Shown here: one piece after another, positions 33,888 to 41,461 of the stretch
How the letters are laid out: every line of letters begins with the position of its first letter
How positions within the stretch are numbered: the first letter of the stretch is position 1
Source: a virus
Strand: one strand, 5' to 3'
Length of the DNA: 57,325 nucleotides
IMG/VR virus record: IMGVR_UViG_3300031867_000069
The notes under the pieces: model-generated
Told to the model about the DNA's origin: nothing
Database searches by the model: none
What the model saw: the letters and a program-made list of their open reading frames with translations, nothing else
Made by a program: the position numbers and the translations under genes

Positions 33888-34664
33888 ATGGCTATTGAAG
33901 AAAAATACAGAAAAATAAGGAGAAAGGATCGACATCTAATGAATAATGTAAATAACGCTGAACTCTATGATATCATCCCTTTTAAAGAGGACAAGAGCTG
34001 GTATCTTAAATTAATTTACAAATATGAAGACGAGTACGGTAAACATTCGGTTGTGATACCAAAAGCCGCAATACCCTTTGTTCAAAGAAAACTTCCGACT
34101 ATTATGAGATTAACATCCCATCCGCATATCGATTTTTTAGAGCGCCCTTATATTGAATGTAATAGTTCAATGCCATTATACAAAAACCAATGTAACCTCG
34201 CACTTGAGCGAGGCATTAAGAGATCCGACTGTTATTTTGATATTATAACAGATTTCACTCCAATGCAGAGCAAAATTAGGAATGTGTATTTCAACGACCC
34301 TTTAACTGTTGTAATTTGGACAGATGGCACTAAGACATTTGTCAAAAATGCTGACGGTGACCATAACTATGATCCTGAGAAGGCTCTTGCCATGGCTATT
34401 TCTAAGAAAGCTCTTGGAAATAAGTATAGATATTACCAAGAGTTTGAAAAATGGCTTCCTGAAGAGAAAGCGAAGACTTCTAGAAAAAGCTTCTCATCCT
34501 TTAAAATGGCATCTAAAGAATGCGTAGATGGACAACTAGCTTTAACAGAAAATCCTGTAGAAAAAGCATATTTAATGCTTCTAAAAATGAAAGATGATCC
34601 ATCAAGCACAGATATTGATGCCATAATCGAATATTTAGGAGAAATGCTATATCTGGATATTTAG
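33888..34664 (+). CDS. Hypothetical phage protein (258 aa)
   Basis: ATG lies 1 nt after the upstream stop. It carries the conserved phage segment VYFNDPLTVVIWTDGTKTFVKNADGDHNYDPEKALAMAISKKALGNK. Confidence 0.65.
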   Translation: MAIEEKYRKIRRKDRHLMNNVNNAELYDIIPFKEDKSWYLKLIYKYEDEYGKHSVVIPKAAIPFVQRKLPTIMRLTSHPHIDFLERPYIECNSSMPLYKNQCNLALERGIKRSDCYFDIITDFTPMQSKIRNVYFNDPLTVVIWTDGTKTFVKNADGDHNYDPEKALAMAISKKALGNKYRYYQEFEKWLPEEKAKTSRKSFSSFKMASKECVDGQLALTENPVEKAYLMLLKMKDDPSSTDIDAIIEYLGEMLYLDI

Positions 34665-34696
34665 GAGAGGCGTTAGATAGCTAAGGAGGAACTATA

Positions 34697-34894
34697 ATGC
34701 ATGATGCATCAATGTTTATAGTATTTTTGCTAATATTGGCATTAATACTTATATTGGTAGCCGGGGCTTTCGTGTTTATACACGAGGCTCTGGAAGACCG
34801 AAGAAAAAGAAAAATAAAGAAAGAACAACGTATGATTCGTAGGGAATGCTACGAATATTGGAAGGAGAAGTATTCAAATGACAAACAAGAATGA
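34697..34894 (+). CDS. Small membrane protein (65 aa)
   Basis: SD AAGGAGG. TM segment FIVFLLILALILILVAGAFVFI, then a basic tail. Confidence 0.6.
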   Translation: MHDASMFIVFLLILALILILVAGAFVFIHEALEDRRKRKIKKEQRMIRRECYEYWKEKYSNDKQE

Positions 34895-35321
34895 AACACT
34901 AAGAGAAAAAGCAAAAGCATGTAACAGCAACATTCAAGATCTTATCAACAAGTTAACCGATATTCAAAAGGATATCAGTGAGTATGTGAATAAGAGTAAT
35001 GCAATCGATGCTTTAGAGGAATTAAATATGCCTATTAATCCGATGATAGCTTTTCAATTAATTCAAATTCAAGTTAAGATGTTATGCGACAGTACAGCAT
35101 TGGGAGAACATTTGGACACAGTAGTAAACAGTCTGCAAACTGTCGCTAATGCCTTTAACAAAGACATGTTTGGCGACAACAATAAGCATACAAATCTTAA
35201 TGATATTCCTAAAGATGCTGTTCAATTGAAAGGAAAAATCGGAACTGTTGATAGCTTCCTCACTGATATTGAAGCTATAATGAAAATGATGGAAGATGAA
35301 GAAGGTGAGAACAATGAATAA
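34878..35321 (+). CDS. Hypothetical protein (147 aa)
   Basis: SD GGAAGGAG. Confidence 0.6.
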   Translation: MTNKNETLREKAKACNSNIQDLINKLTDIQKDISEYVNKSNAIDALEELNMPINPMIAFQLIQIQVKMLCDSTALGEHLDTVVNSLQTVANAFNKDMFGDNNKHTNLNDIPKDAVQLKGKIGTVDSFLTDIEAIMKMMEDEEGENNE

Positions 35322-35511
35322 TTCGGATAAATTCAACGGTTCGGGCTGTGTTGATTTAACGGCATATGAAGCCATTAAAAACATTGAAGACGAAGAAGTT
35401 CGCTTTAAAAAGCTCTTACATACTATTAAATATATTTGCGATATTGCAGACTTCGAAATCTGTGGTCGCATTGTACTTAGAGACAGAAAGTCTGAAAGGA
35501 CTTGGAGGTAA
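35314..35511 (+). CDS. Hypothetical protein (65 aa)
   Basis: ATG 35314 overlaps the upstream stop. Confidence 0.5.
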   Translation: MNNSDKFNGSGCVDLTAYEAIKNIEDEEVRFKKLLHTIKYICDIADFEICGRIVLRDRKSERTWR

Positions 35512-35518
35512 CATATTT

Positions 35519-35866
35519 ATGGTTGTAAAAAAGATGGGCAATAAGATATTTGGAGCTGAGTTAACTCGTAATGAGCAAAAGGCTTTAGATATTGAGATTA
35601 AGAAACAATTGGCCGAATATGACCGTAAGAATATGATGGAGATGGACTCTATTATATTGTGGATCCTTCATTCCATGTATGGACTCGGCGAGAAAAGGCT
35701 TAGAGCATTTTATGATAATTTCCATACAGAGCTTGAAGCTTTAGCTGATCGTTATGAAATGGATGATGAAGACGCATATTTATGTACCGAAAATCTAAGA
35801 CGAATTGGCATTGATGTTGAAAAATGGCATCAAGAAAAAGCCGAAAGATTATCAAAAGAGTTATAA
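35519..35866 (+). CDS. Hypothetical protein (115 aa)
   Basis: SD GGAGG lies before ATG 35519. The track start 35366 lacks an SD and overlaps the previous gene. Confidence 0.6.
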   Translation: MVVKKMGNKIFGAELTRNEQKALDIEIKKQLAEYDRKNMMEMDSIILWILHSMYGLGEKRLRAFYDNFHTELEALADRYEMDDEDAYLCTENLRRIGIDVEKWHQEKAERLSKEL

Positions 35867-35881
35867 TTTTTTGAAATAATT

Positions 35882-35916
35882 GGGCTAGTTTTAATAACTA
35901 GTCCTTTTATTTTTCC
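35882..35916 (+). terminator. Rho-independent terminator
   Basis: Stem gggctagtt / aactagtcc, then ttttattttt. Confidence 0.75.
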
Positions 35917-35941
35917 ATTTTTGAGGATGTTTTTAGTGTTT

Positions 35942-36129
35942 ATGCCCACTTTTGTGGCCAAAAGCCCACTTTATGCCCACTTTTGGCCAATAAAAATGGC
36001 CACAAGAATTGTCCAATTTGGGTCATTTTTGGTCGTTTTTGGGGTAAAAAAGGGCATTTTTGGGGTATTTTGTGGTGTTTTTTCACATTTTTTGAGAATT
36101 TTTAAGGTTTGTGGCCAAAAGCCCACTTT
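35942..36129. repeat. Short direct repeats (iteron-like): ATGCCCACTTTTG x2 and TTTGTGGCCAAAAGCCCACTTT x2, plus multiple TGGCCA
   Basis: The 13-mer is at 35942 and 35973. The 22-mer is at 35951 and 36108. TGGCCA occurs about 7 times between 35955 and 36249. Confidence 0.85.
36021..36110. repeat. Nine helically phased T4-6 tracts (10-nt period), predicted bent DNA
   Basis: ggtcattttt ggtcgttttt ggggtaaaaa agggcatttt tggggtattt tgtggtgttt tttcacattt tttgagaatt tttaaggttt. Confidence 0.8.
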
Positions 36130-36196
36130 TATTTTAATTTATTTAAGAAAAAAGTATATATATTTAAAAAGAATTGACAAAAAAAAACGGGTTTTT

Positions 36197-36302
36197 GGCC
36201 ACAGGCATATTTTAGGGTCGAATAAGGTTGAAAATGTGCATTTGGCCACAGGCATATTTTAGGGTCGAATAAGGTTGAAAATGTGCATTTGGCTATATTT
36301 TT
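36197..36302. repeat. Perfect 47-bp tandem repeat, 2 full units plus a partial third
   Basis: ggccacaggcatattttagggtcgaataaggttgaaaatgtgcattt occurs at 36197-36243 and 36244-36290, followed by ggctatattttt. Confidence 0.9.
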
Positions 36303-36315
36303 CAATTTTTTAAAA

Positions 36316-36344
36316 TTCGCGTGAAAAACATGCCCTTTTATGAA
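36316..36344 (+). promoter_or_regulatory. Promoter-like motif TTCGCG-N17-TATGAA heading the nuclease / RNA polymerase operon
   Basis: ttcgcgtgaaaaacatgcccttttatgaa. Confidence 0.6.
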
Positions 36345-36424
36345 GGGAAGTACAAATATGTCGTATTTTTACGGTGTATCATTTCCTTTTGAGTTTTGTT
36401 TAAGATGAAAGGAGAGAGCATTTA

Positions 36425-36721
36425 ATGGCAAAACTAGAAAGTATATTTCAAAAAGAATTGATGGATGAAATTAGGGAACGTTATCCTGGGTGTGTTATTA
36501 TCAAGAATGATCCGAATTATATTCAAGGATTTCCAGATTGGACAATTCTGTATAAAGACAAATGGGCTGTTATAGAAGCAAAGCGCAGTGCATCTGCTAA
36601 ACATCAGCCTAATCAAGACTTTTATGTAAAAAAGCTCAACGATATGTCTTATGCAGCTTTTGCATATCCTGAGAATAAGGAGGTTATATTACGTGAAATT
36701 CAATCAGCATTTAAATCTTGA
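36425..36721 (+). CDS. VRR-NUC-type PD-(D/E)XK nuclease (98 aa)
   Basis: Contains GFPDWTILYKDKWAVIEAKRS....QPNQDFYVKKLND (the G.PD...E.K...Q pattern). SD AAAGGAGAG. Confidence 0.6.
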   Translation: MAKLESIFQKELMDEIRERYPGCVIIKNDPNYIQGFPDWTILYKDKWAVIEAKRSASAKHQPNQDFYVKKLNDMSYAAFAYPENKEVILREIQSAFKS

Positions 36722-37250
36722 AGGATTGCATGCACCATTTAGTGCCAGTCAAAACTCTTGGCTAAGATATGATGACGGCAAAGCAATGGAAGTATACAAA
36801 AATAAAAAAGCGGCATTGATAGGAACCAAATTACATCAATGGGCAAAAGAAACTATAGATTTGGGCATAAAGCAACCTAGATCCAAGAAGACCTTATATT
36901 CGTATGTAAACGATGCTATAGGGTACCAAATGGATACTGAGGTTGTTTTATTTCATTCAGAAAGATTTTTCGGAACAGCAGATGCTATTTGTTTTAGAAA
37001 TGGTGTTTTGAGAATTCATGATCTAAAGACAGGGAAAACACCAGTACATATGGAGCAGCTAGAAATATATGCAGCTCTTTTTTGTTTGGAATACAGAACC
37101 AAACCTGGCGAAATAAAAATGGAGTTACGAATATATCAGAATGATGAAGTACTAGTTCATAAGCCAACTGCTGAGGATATTCTCCCTATTATGGATAAAA
37201 TAATACATTTGGATAATTTGTTATCAAAGATTGATCAAGAAGGAGAATAG
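36693..37250 (+). CDS. RecB/Cas4-like PD-(D/E)XK nuclease (185 aa), GTG start
   Basis: SD AAGGAGG lies 7 nt before GTG 36693. Contains FGTADAICF...LRIHDLKTGK...QLEIYAALF. Confidence 0.6.
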   Translation: MKFNQHLNLEGLHAPFSASQNSWLRYDDGKAMEVYKNKKAALIGTKLHQWAKETIDLGIKQPRSKKTLYSYVNDAIGYQMDTEVVLFHSERFFGTADAICFRNGVLRIHDLKTGKTPVHMEQLEIYAALFCLEYRTKPGEIKMELRIYQNDEVLVHKPTAEDILPIMDKIIHLDNLLSKIDQEGE

Positions 37251-37253
37251 TGT

Positions 37254-40088
37254 ATGAACAATATCATAAAAGATATGGATGAACATGTGCTAATGCATTA
37301 CGGAATGCCTAAACGTTCTGGACGATATCCTTGGGGAAGTGGTGATAATCCATATCAGCGTACAGGCGATTTTATGGGTAGAGTTGACGAGCTAAGAAAA
37401 CAGAATTTTACTTATACTGATGAAAAAGGAAAAGTTTGGACAGGCGATACTGCTATTGCCAAATCTATGGGTTTGTCAACAACTCAATTTAGAACCGAAT
37501 ATTCTATTGCTAAAAACGAACGTAGACTCTATCAAGTAAATACTGCTAAAGCGTTGCAGAAAGATGGACTCGGTGCTACAGAAATCGGTAGAAAAATGGG
37601 TATACCAGAATCATCAGTTAGATCCTTATTGAATGCAAAATCCGAAACAAAAATGAATCAGGCTAAAGAAACAGCTAAATTCATAAAAGAGCAGATTGAT
37701 AAAAAAGGAATGATTGATGTTGGTACTGGTGTTGAAAGAGAACTAAACATATCTAAGGAAAAACTTAATCAGGCCTTATATTTACTCGAAAGAGAAGGCT
37801 ATCCTATATATAAAGGCGGCATTCCCCAAGTAACAAACATAGGTAATCAAACAAATCAAAAGATTATTTGTAAACCTGGTACAGAACATAAAGAAATTTA
37901 TGATTTTGACAAGGTTCATGCTCTTAATGAGGATAACTATATTTCTAGAGATGACGGTAAAACTTTCGAAAAGAAATTCCATTATCCAGAAAGTATGGAT
38001 TCAAAACGTCTTATGATTAGATACAAAGAGGACGGCGGCATCGATAAAGATGGTGTTGCAGAAATTAGACCAGGTGTTGACGATCTTTCACTTGGCGAAT
38101 CTCGATATTCTCAGGTTCGTATAATGGTTGATGGTAAAAAATACATAAAAGGTATGGCTGTATATGGCGATCCTAAAGATTTTCCTAAAGGTGTTGACGT
38201 TATATTTAACACTAACAAATCAAAGTCTGTATCTAAACTAGATGTTCTTAAAGATATTAAGAGCGATCCAGATAATCCATTTGGTTCTTTAATTAAAGAC
38301 GCTACACAAGGCGGTCAATATTGGTATACGGATTCTAAGACCGGAAAGAAGAAGCTTGGACTTATTAATAAGACAAGAGAAGAAGGCGATTGGGATGATT
38401 GGAAAGATGCTCTGCCTTCACAGTTCTTAGCTAAGCAGCCTATACAAATGATTAAGAAACAATTAAAGTTAGCAGTTGCTGATAAGGAAGCAGAATATGC
38501 TGATATTATGTCTATTAATAATCCTACTATTAAGAAATATTATCTTAATAAGTTTGCGGATGAATGTGATTCGACGGCTGTACATTTAAAAGCAGCCGCA
38601 TTACCAGGACAAAAGTATCACGTTATTATTCCTAATAATACGCTTAAAGAGAATGAAGTGTATGCGCCGGGCTATGCTTCAGGCACAAAGCTTGCTTTAA
38701 TAAGATATCCACATGGTGGAACATTTGAGATTCCTATATGTACAGTAAACAATAAGAATGCATTAGGTAAAAAACTTATAGGTACAACTCCTATAGATGC
38801 TGTATGTATTAATTCTAGAGTTGCTGAAAGATTATCAGGAGCGGATTTTGATGGCGATACGGTTATGTGCATTCCAACCCATGATCGTCAAGGAAAAGTT
38901 AAGATTACTTCTACTCCTCCTTTGAAAGGTCTAGAAGGTTTTGACCCAAAGATGGCCTATCCAGAACGTCCAGGTATGCAGTATATGAAAAATCCTAAGA
39001 CTGGAAGTGATAGCACTCCAGTGCAAATGGGAATGATTTCGAATCTTATAACCGATATGACTTTACTTGGCGCTACCTCTGATGAATTGGCTGCTGCCGT
39101 ACGTCACAGTATGGTAGTTATTGATGCTGGTAAGCACAAGCTGGACTATAAGCAGAGCGAGATAGATAACAACATAGCCGCTCTAAAGAAAAAGTATCAA
39201 GTGGGTGGCGCTTCTACTTTAATGTCTAGGGCTAAAGGTGAGTATGATGTACCCAAAAGGCAGGGTAATCCCCGTGTCAATTTAAAGGGCAAAACATATT
39301 ATGACCCTACCCGTCCCGAGGGAGCCCTAGTATATAAGACGGCAGACGACGCCAAATGGATACAAACAAAAGTCAATAAACGTACTGGAGAAGTAAAAAA
39401 AGTTGAGAGGATTCGTACTCAGAAGAGTACCAATATGGCAGAGACGGATGACGCATATACCCTAGTGTCTAAATTTAACACCCCTAAGGAGAGAGCCTAT
39501 GCCGACTATGCCAATAAAATGAAATCAATGGCTAACCAGGCCCGTATAGAAGCATCTAATTCGGGCAAAATAGCCTATTCAAGATTGGCAAAAGCAGAAT
39601 ATCAAAAAGAAGTAGATTCTTTGAATGCAAAATTAAACAAAGCTTTACTTAATTCTCCTAGAGAACGTCAAGCTCAACGTATGTCTAACGCTGAAATGAA
39701 TATAAAAAAGAGAGCCTATTATGATGAAACGGGCGCAAAGATGAAAACTAAGGATATAAAGAAAGCCAGTCAGCAAGCAATATCAAAGTATCGTGATGAA
39801 GTAGGCTCTGTATCTAGAAGAAACCGTTCTATTACTATAGATGATAGAGAATGGGAAGCTATTCAAAAGGGTGCAATAAGCGAAAGCGTGCTTAATAAGA
39901 TACTGAATAATAGTGATCCTGACAAACTAAGAGAAAGAGCAACACCTAAAACTTCTAAAGGTTTAAACACTGCTAAAGTAAACAGAATCAAAGCTTTGTC
40001 TGCTTCTAATTACACATTAGAACAAATCGCTAACAAACTTGGTATTTCAACTTCAACAGTTGCTAAGTATTTGAAAGGAGGAAATTAA
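37254..40088 (+). CDS. YonO / RdRP-like two-barrel single-subunit RNA polymerase candidate with flanking HTH domains (944 aa)
   Basis: The core motifs are ALIRYPHGGTFEIP (R484), then LSGADFDGDTVMCIPTHD (D531-D535, nt 38844-38858), then GMISNLITD...AAAVRHSMVVIDAGKHKLDYK. The HTH segments are GATEIGRKMGIPESSVRSLL near the N-terminus and YTLEQIANKLGISTSTVAKYLKGG at the C-terminus. Confidence 0.6.
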   Translation: MNNIIKDMDEHVLMHYGMPKRSGRYPWGSGDNPYQRTGDFMGRVDELRKQNFTYTDEKGKVWTGDTAIAKSMGLSTTQFRTEYSIAKNERRLYQVNTAKALQKDGLGATEIGRKMGIPESSVRSLLNAKSETKMNQAKETAKFIKEQIDKKGMIDVGTGVERELNISKEKLNQALYLLEREGYPIYKGGIPQVTNIGNQTNQKIICKPGTEHKEIYDFDKVHALNEDNYISRDDGKTFEKKFHYPESMDSKRLMIRYKEDGGIDKDGVAEIRPGVDDLSLGESRYSQVRIMVDGKKYIKGMAVYGDPKDFPKGVDVIFNTNKSKSVSKLDVLKDIKSDPDNPFGSLIKDATQGGQYWYTDSKTGKKKLGLINKTREEGDWDDWKDALPSQFLAKQPIQMIKKQLKLAVADKEAEYADIMSINNPTIKKYYLNKFADECDSTAVHLKAAALPGQKYHVIIPNNTLKENEVYAPGYASGTKLALIRYPHGGTFEIPICTVNNKNALGKKLIGTTPIDAVCINSRVAERLSGADFDGDTVMCIPTHDRQGKVKITSTPPLKGLEGFDPKMAYPERPGMQYMKNPKTGSDSTPVQMGMISNLITDMTLLGATSDELAAAVRHSMVVIDAGKHKLDYKQSEIDNNIAALKKKYQVGGASTLMSRAKGEYDVPKRQGNPRVNLKGKTYYDPTRPEGALVYKTADDAKWIQTKVNKRTGEVKKVERIRTQKSTNMAETDDAYTLVSKFNTPKERAYADYANKMKSMANQARIEASNSGKIAYSRLAKAEYQKEVDSLNAKLNKALLNSPRERQAQRMSNAEMNIKKRAYYDETGAKMKTKDIKKASQQAISKYRDEVGSVSRRNRSITIDDREWEAIQKGAISESVLNKILNNSDPDKLRERATPKTSKGLNTAKVNRIKALSASNYTLEQIANKLGISTSTVAKYLKGGN

Positions 40089-40091
40089 CAA

Positions 40092-40373
40092 TTGAATAAT
40101 GATTATGATGAAAACTATTCTATTGAAAAGAATTACATGTTAACAACAGTTGACAATCCTTTTGATCCTTTTGAGCAATTTGTTTCTTGGTTCATGTTCG
40201 ACACTGAAAAAGGTTATAATACTTGTTCTACTTTAGCAAGGATAGCGAATATTTCAGATGATATGTCTCAAAAAGAAGTAATCGATGAAACGAATAGAGC
40301 TATCGATGAAATAATAAAGTATGACTTTTTAGACATATATAAAAAAGTAGAACGAGATAATATCAATTCATAA
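40092..40373 (+). CDS. Hypothetical conserved phage protein (93 aa), TTG start
   Basis: SD AAAGGAGG lies 11 nt before TTG 40092. Contains TVDNPFDPFEQFVSWFMFDTEKGYNTCSTLARIA. Confidence 0.5.
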   Translation: MNNDYDENYSIEKNYMLTTVDNPFDPFEQFVSWFMFDTEKGYNTCSTLARIANISDDMSQKEVIDETNRAIDEIIKYDFLDIYKKVERDNINS

Positions 40374-40398
40374 CCATATCCATATTATTTTATACATA

Positions 40399-40462
40399 GG
40401 GGGGGTGTCGAAAATTACACCCCCTCCCCACATCGCCGCCCTCCTCGAAAATTCCCCGGGGG
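40399..40462. other. GC-rich island with hairpin and palindrome (candidate cos / packaging site)
   Basis: A G7 run is followed by the stem GGGGGTGT (40401-08) / ACACCCCC (40417-24). TCGAAAATT occurs twice (40408 and 40445). CCCCGGGG lies at 40454-61. The island is unique within an otherwise AT-rich genome. Confidence 0.45.
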
Positions 40463-40490
40463 ATATTTTTGAAAAAACTTTTTGTTGGAG

Positions 40491-40623
40491 CTAGTGTTCC
40501 AAGGAGCGTATGAGTTTTATATTTTTCTAGTCCACAATCATTACGTTGCATTCTTTAAATGAAATATATTCTCCTTTCAAATATTAAGTTCTTATATGGC
40601 TCATACGTTCCTTAGAATACTAG
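40491..40623. repeat. 24-nt imperfect inverted repeat (21/24) separated by 85 nt
   Basis: ctagtgttccaaggagcgtatgag (40491-40514) pairs with ctcatacgttccttagaatactag (40600-40623). As + strand RNA, two of the mismatches become G-U pairs and one is a C-A mismatch. Confidence 0.8.
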
Positions 40624-40695
40624 CCTAAAAGTATACACAAAGCGATAAAAACATATTTGTTTGTGTGTCTAAATAGCAGAAAGGAGATAAAAAGC

Positions 40696-41037
40696 ATGAA
40701 AAAAGTTGGTAAAAAAGACGATAAAGATTCCTCTTCTAATAAAATCAGACCTGCTTTAACGCCCGAAGCCAGAGAAAATCAGATGATATCTTTGGCTGTA
40801 GACTTAGCAGAGAAGCAATTACAAGAAGGAACTGCGTCTTCTCAAGTAATAACGCATTTTCTAAAGCTGGGATCCACAAAGCAACAATTAGAAAAACAGA
40901 AACTAGTAGAAGAGAATAAGTTATTACGTGCTAAAACAGAAAATCTTCAATCAGTGGGTAGAATAGAAGAGTTATATGCGGAAGCTATTAATGCTATGAG
41001 AAATTATTCAGGTCAAGGAGATTCGGATGAATATTAG
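40696..41037 (+). CDS. Putative terminase small subunit (113 aa)
   Basis: SD AAAGGAGA lies before ATG 40696. It is the first gene of the packaging module, with a basic N-terminus and a coiled coil. Called by position only. Confidence 0.4.
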   Translation: MKKVGKKDDKDSSSNKIRPALTPEARENQMISLAVDLAEKQLQEGTASSQVITHFLKLGSTKQQLEKQKLVEENKLLRAKTENLQSVGRIEELYAEAINAMRNYSGQGDSDEY

Positions 41038-41446
41038 AACATATTCAGAATTAATTACTTTGCCAACATTTGAAGAACGTTATCGTTATTTGAAGTTAAA
41101 TGGCAATGTTGGAGAAGAGACATTCGGATTCGATAGATATTTGAATCAAATGTTTTACAGATCTGCTAAATGGCGGTCTATTAGAGATTATGTAATTATT
41201 CGCGATGGCGGATTTGATCTCGCTATCAAAGACAGAGAGATCAGAGGTAAAATACTAGTTCATCATATGAATCCAATATCTAAAGCTGATATTTTAAATG
41301 AATCTGAGTTTCTTTTAAATCCTGAGTATTTAATAAGCACTGTGAAAAATACTCACGACGCTATTCATTACGGAGATGAAAGTTTATTAATCACAAATCC
41401 TGTTACACGTAGAAGAAATGATATGTGTCCATGGAAGAAAGACTAA
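41027..41446 (+). CDS. HNH endonuclease (139 aa)
   Basis: Contains ILVHHMNPISKADILN...NPEYLISTVKNTHDAIHYG (HH..N..N..H). It is terminase-proximal. Confidence 0.75.
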   Translation: MNIRTYSELITLPTFEERYRYLKLNGNVGEETFGFDRYLNQMFYRSAKWRSIRDYVIIRDGGFDLAIKDREIRGKILVHHMNPISKADILNESEFLLNPEYLISTVKNTHDAIHYGDESLLITNPVTRRRNDMCPWKKD

Positions 41447-41461
41447 AGGAGGAAATTAGAG

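Noticed and set aside
35921-36262. 113-aa ORF (MRMFLVFMPTFVAKSPLYAHFWPIK...) in the 35.9-36.3 kb gap.
   Set aside because: It has a TTG/ATG start with no SD. Its Phe/Gly/Val-rich sequence is generated by T-tracts and direct repeats, so I interpret the region as non-coding iteron/bent DNA.
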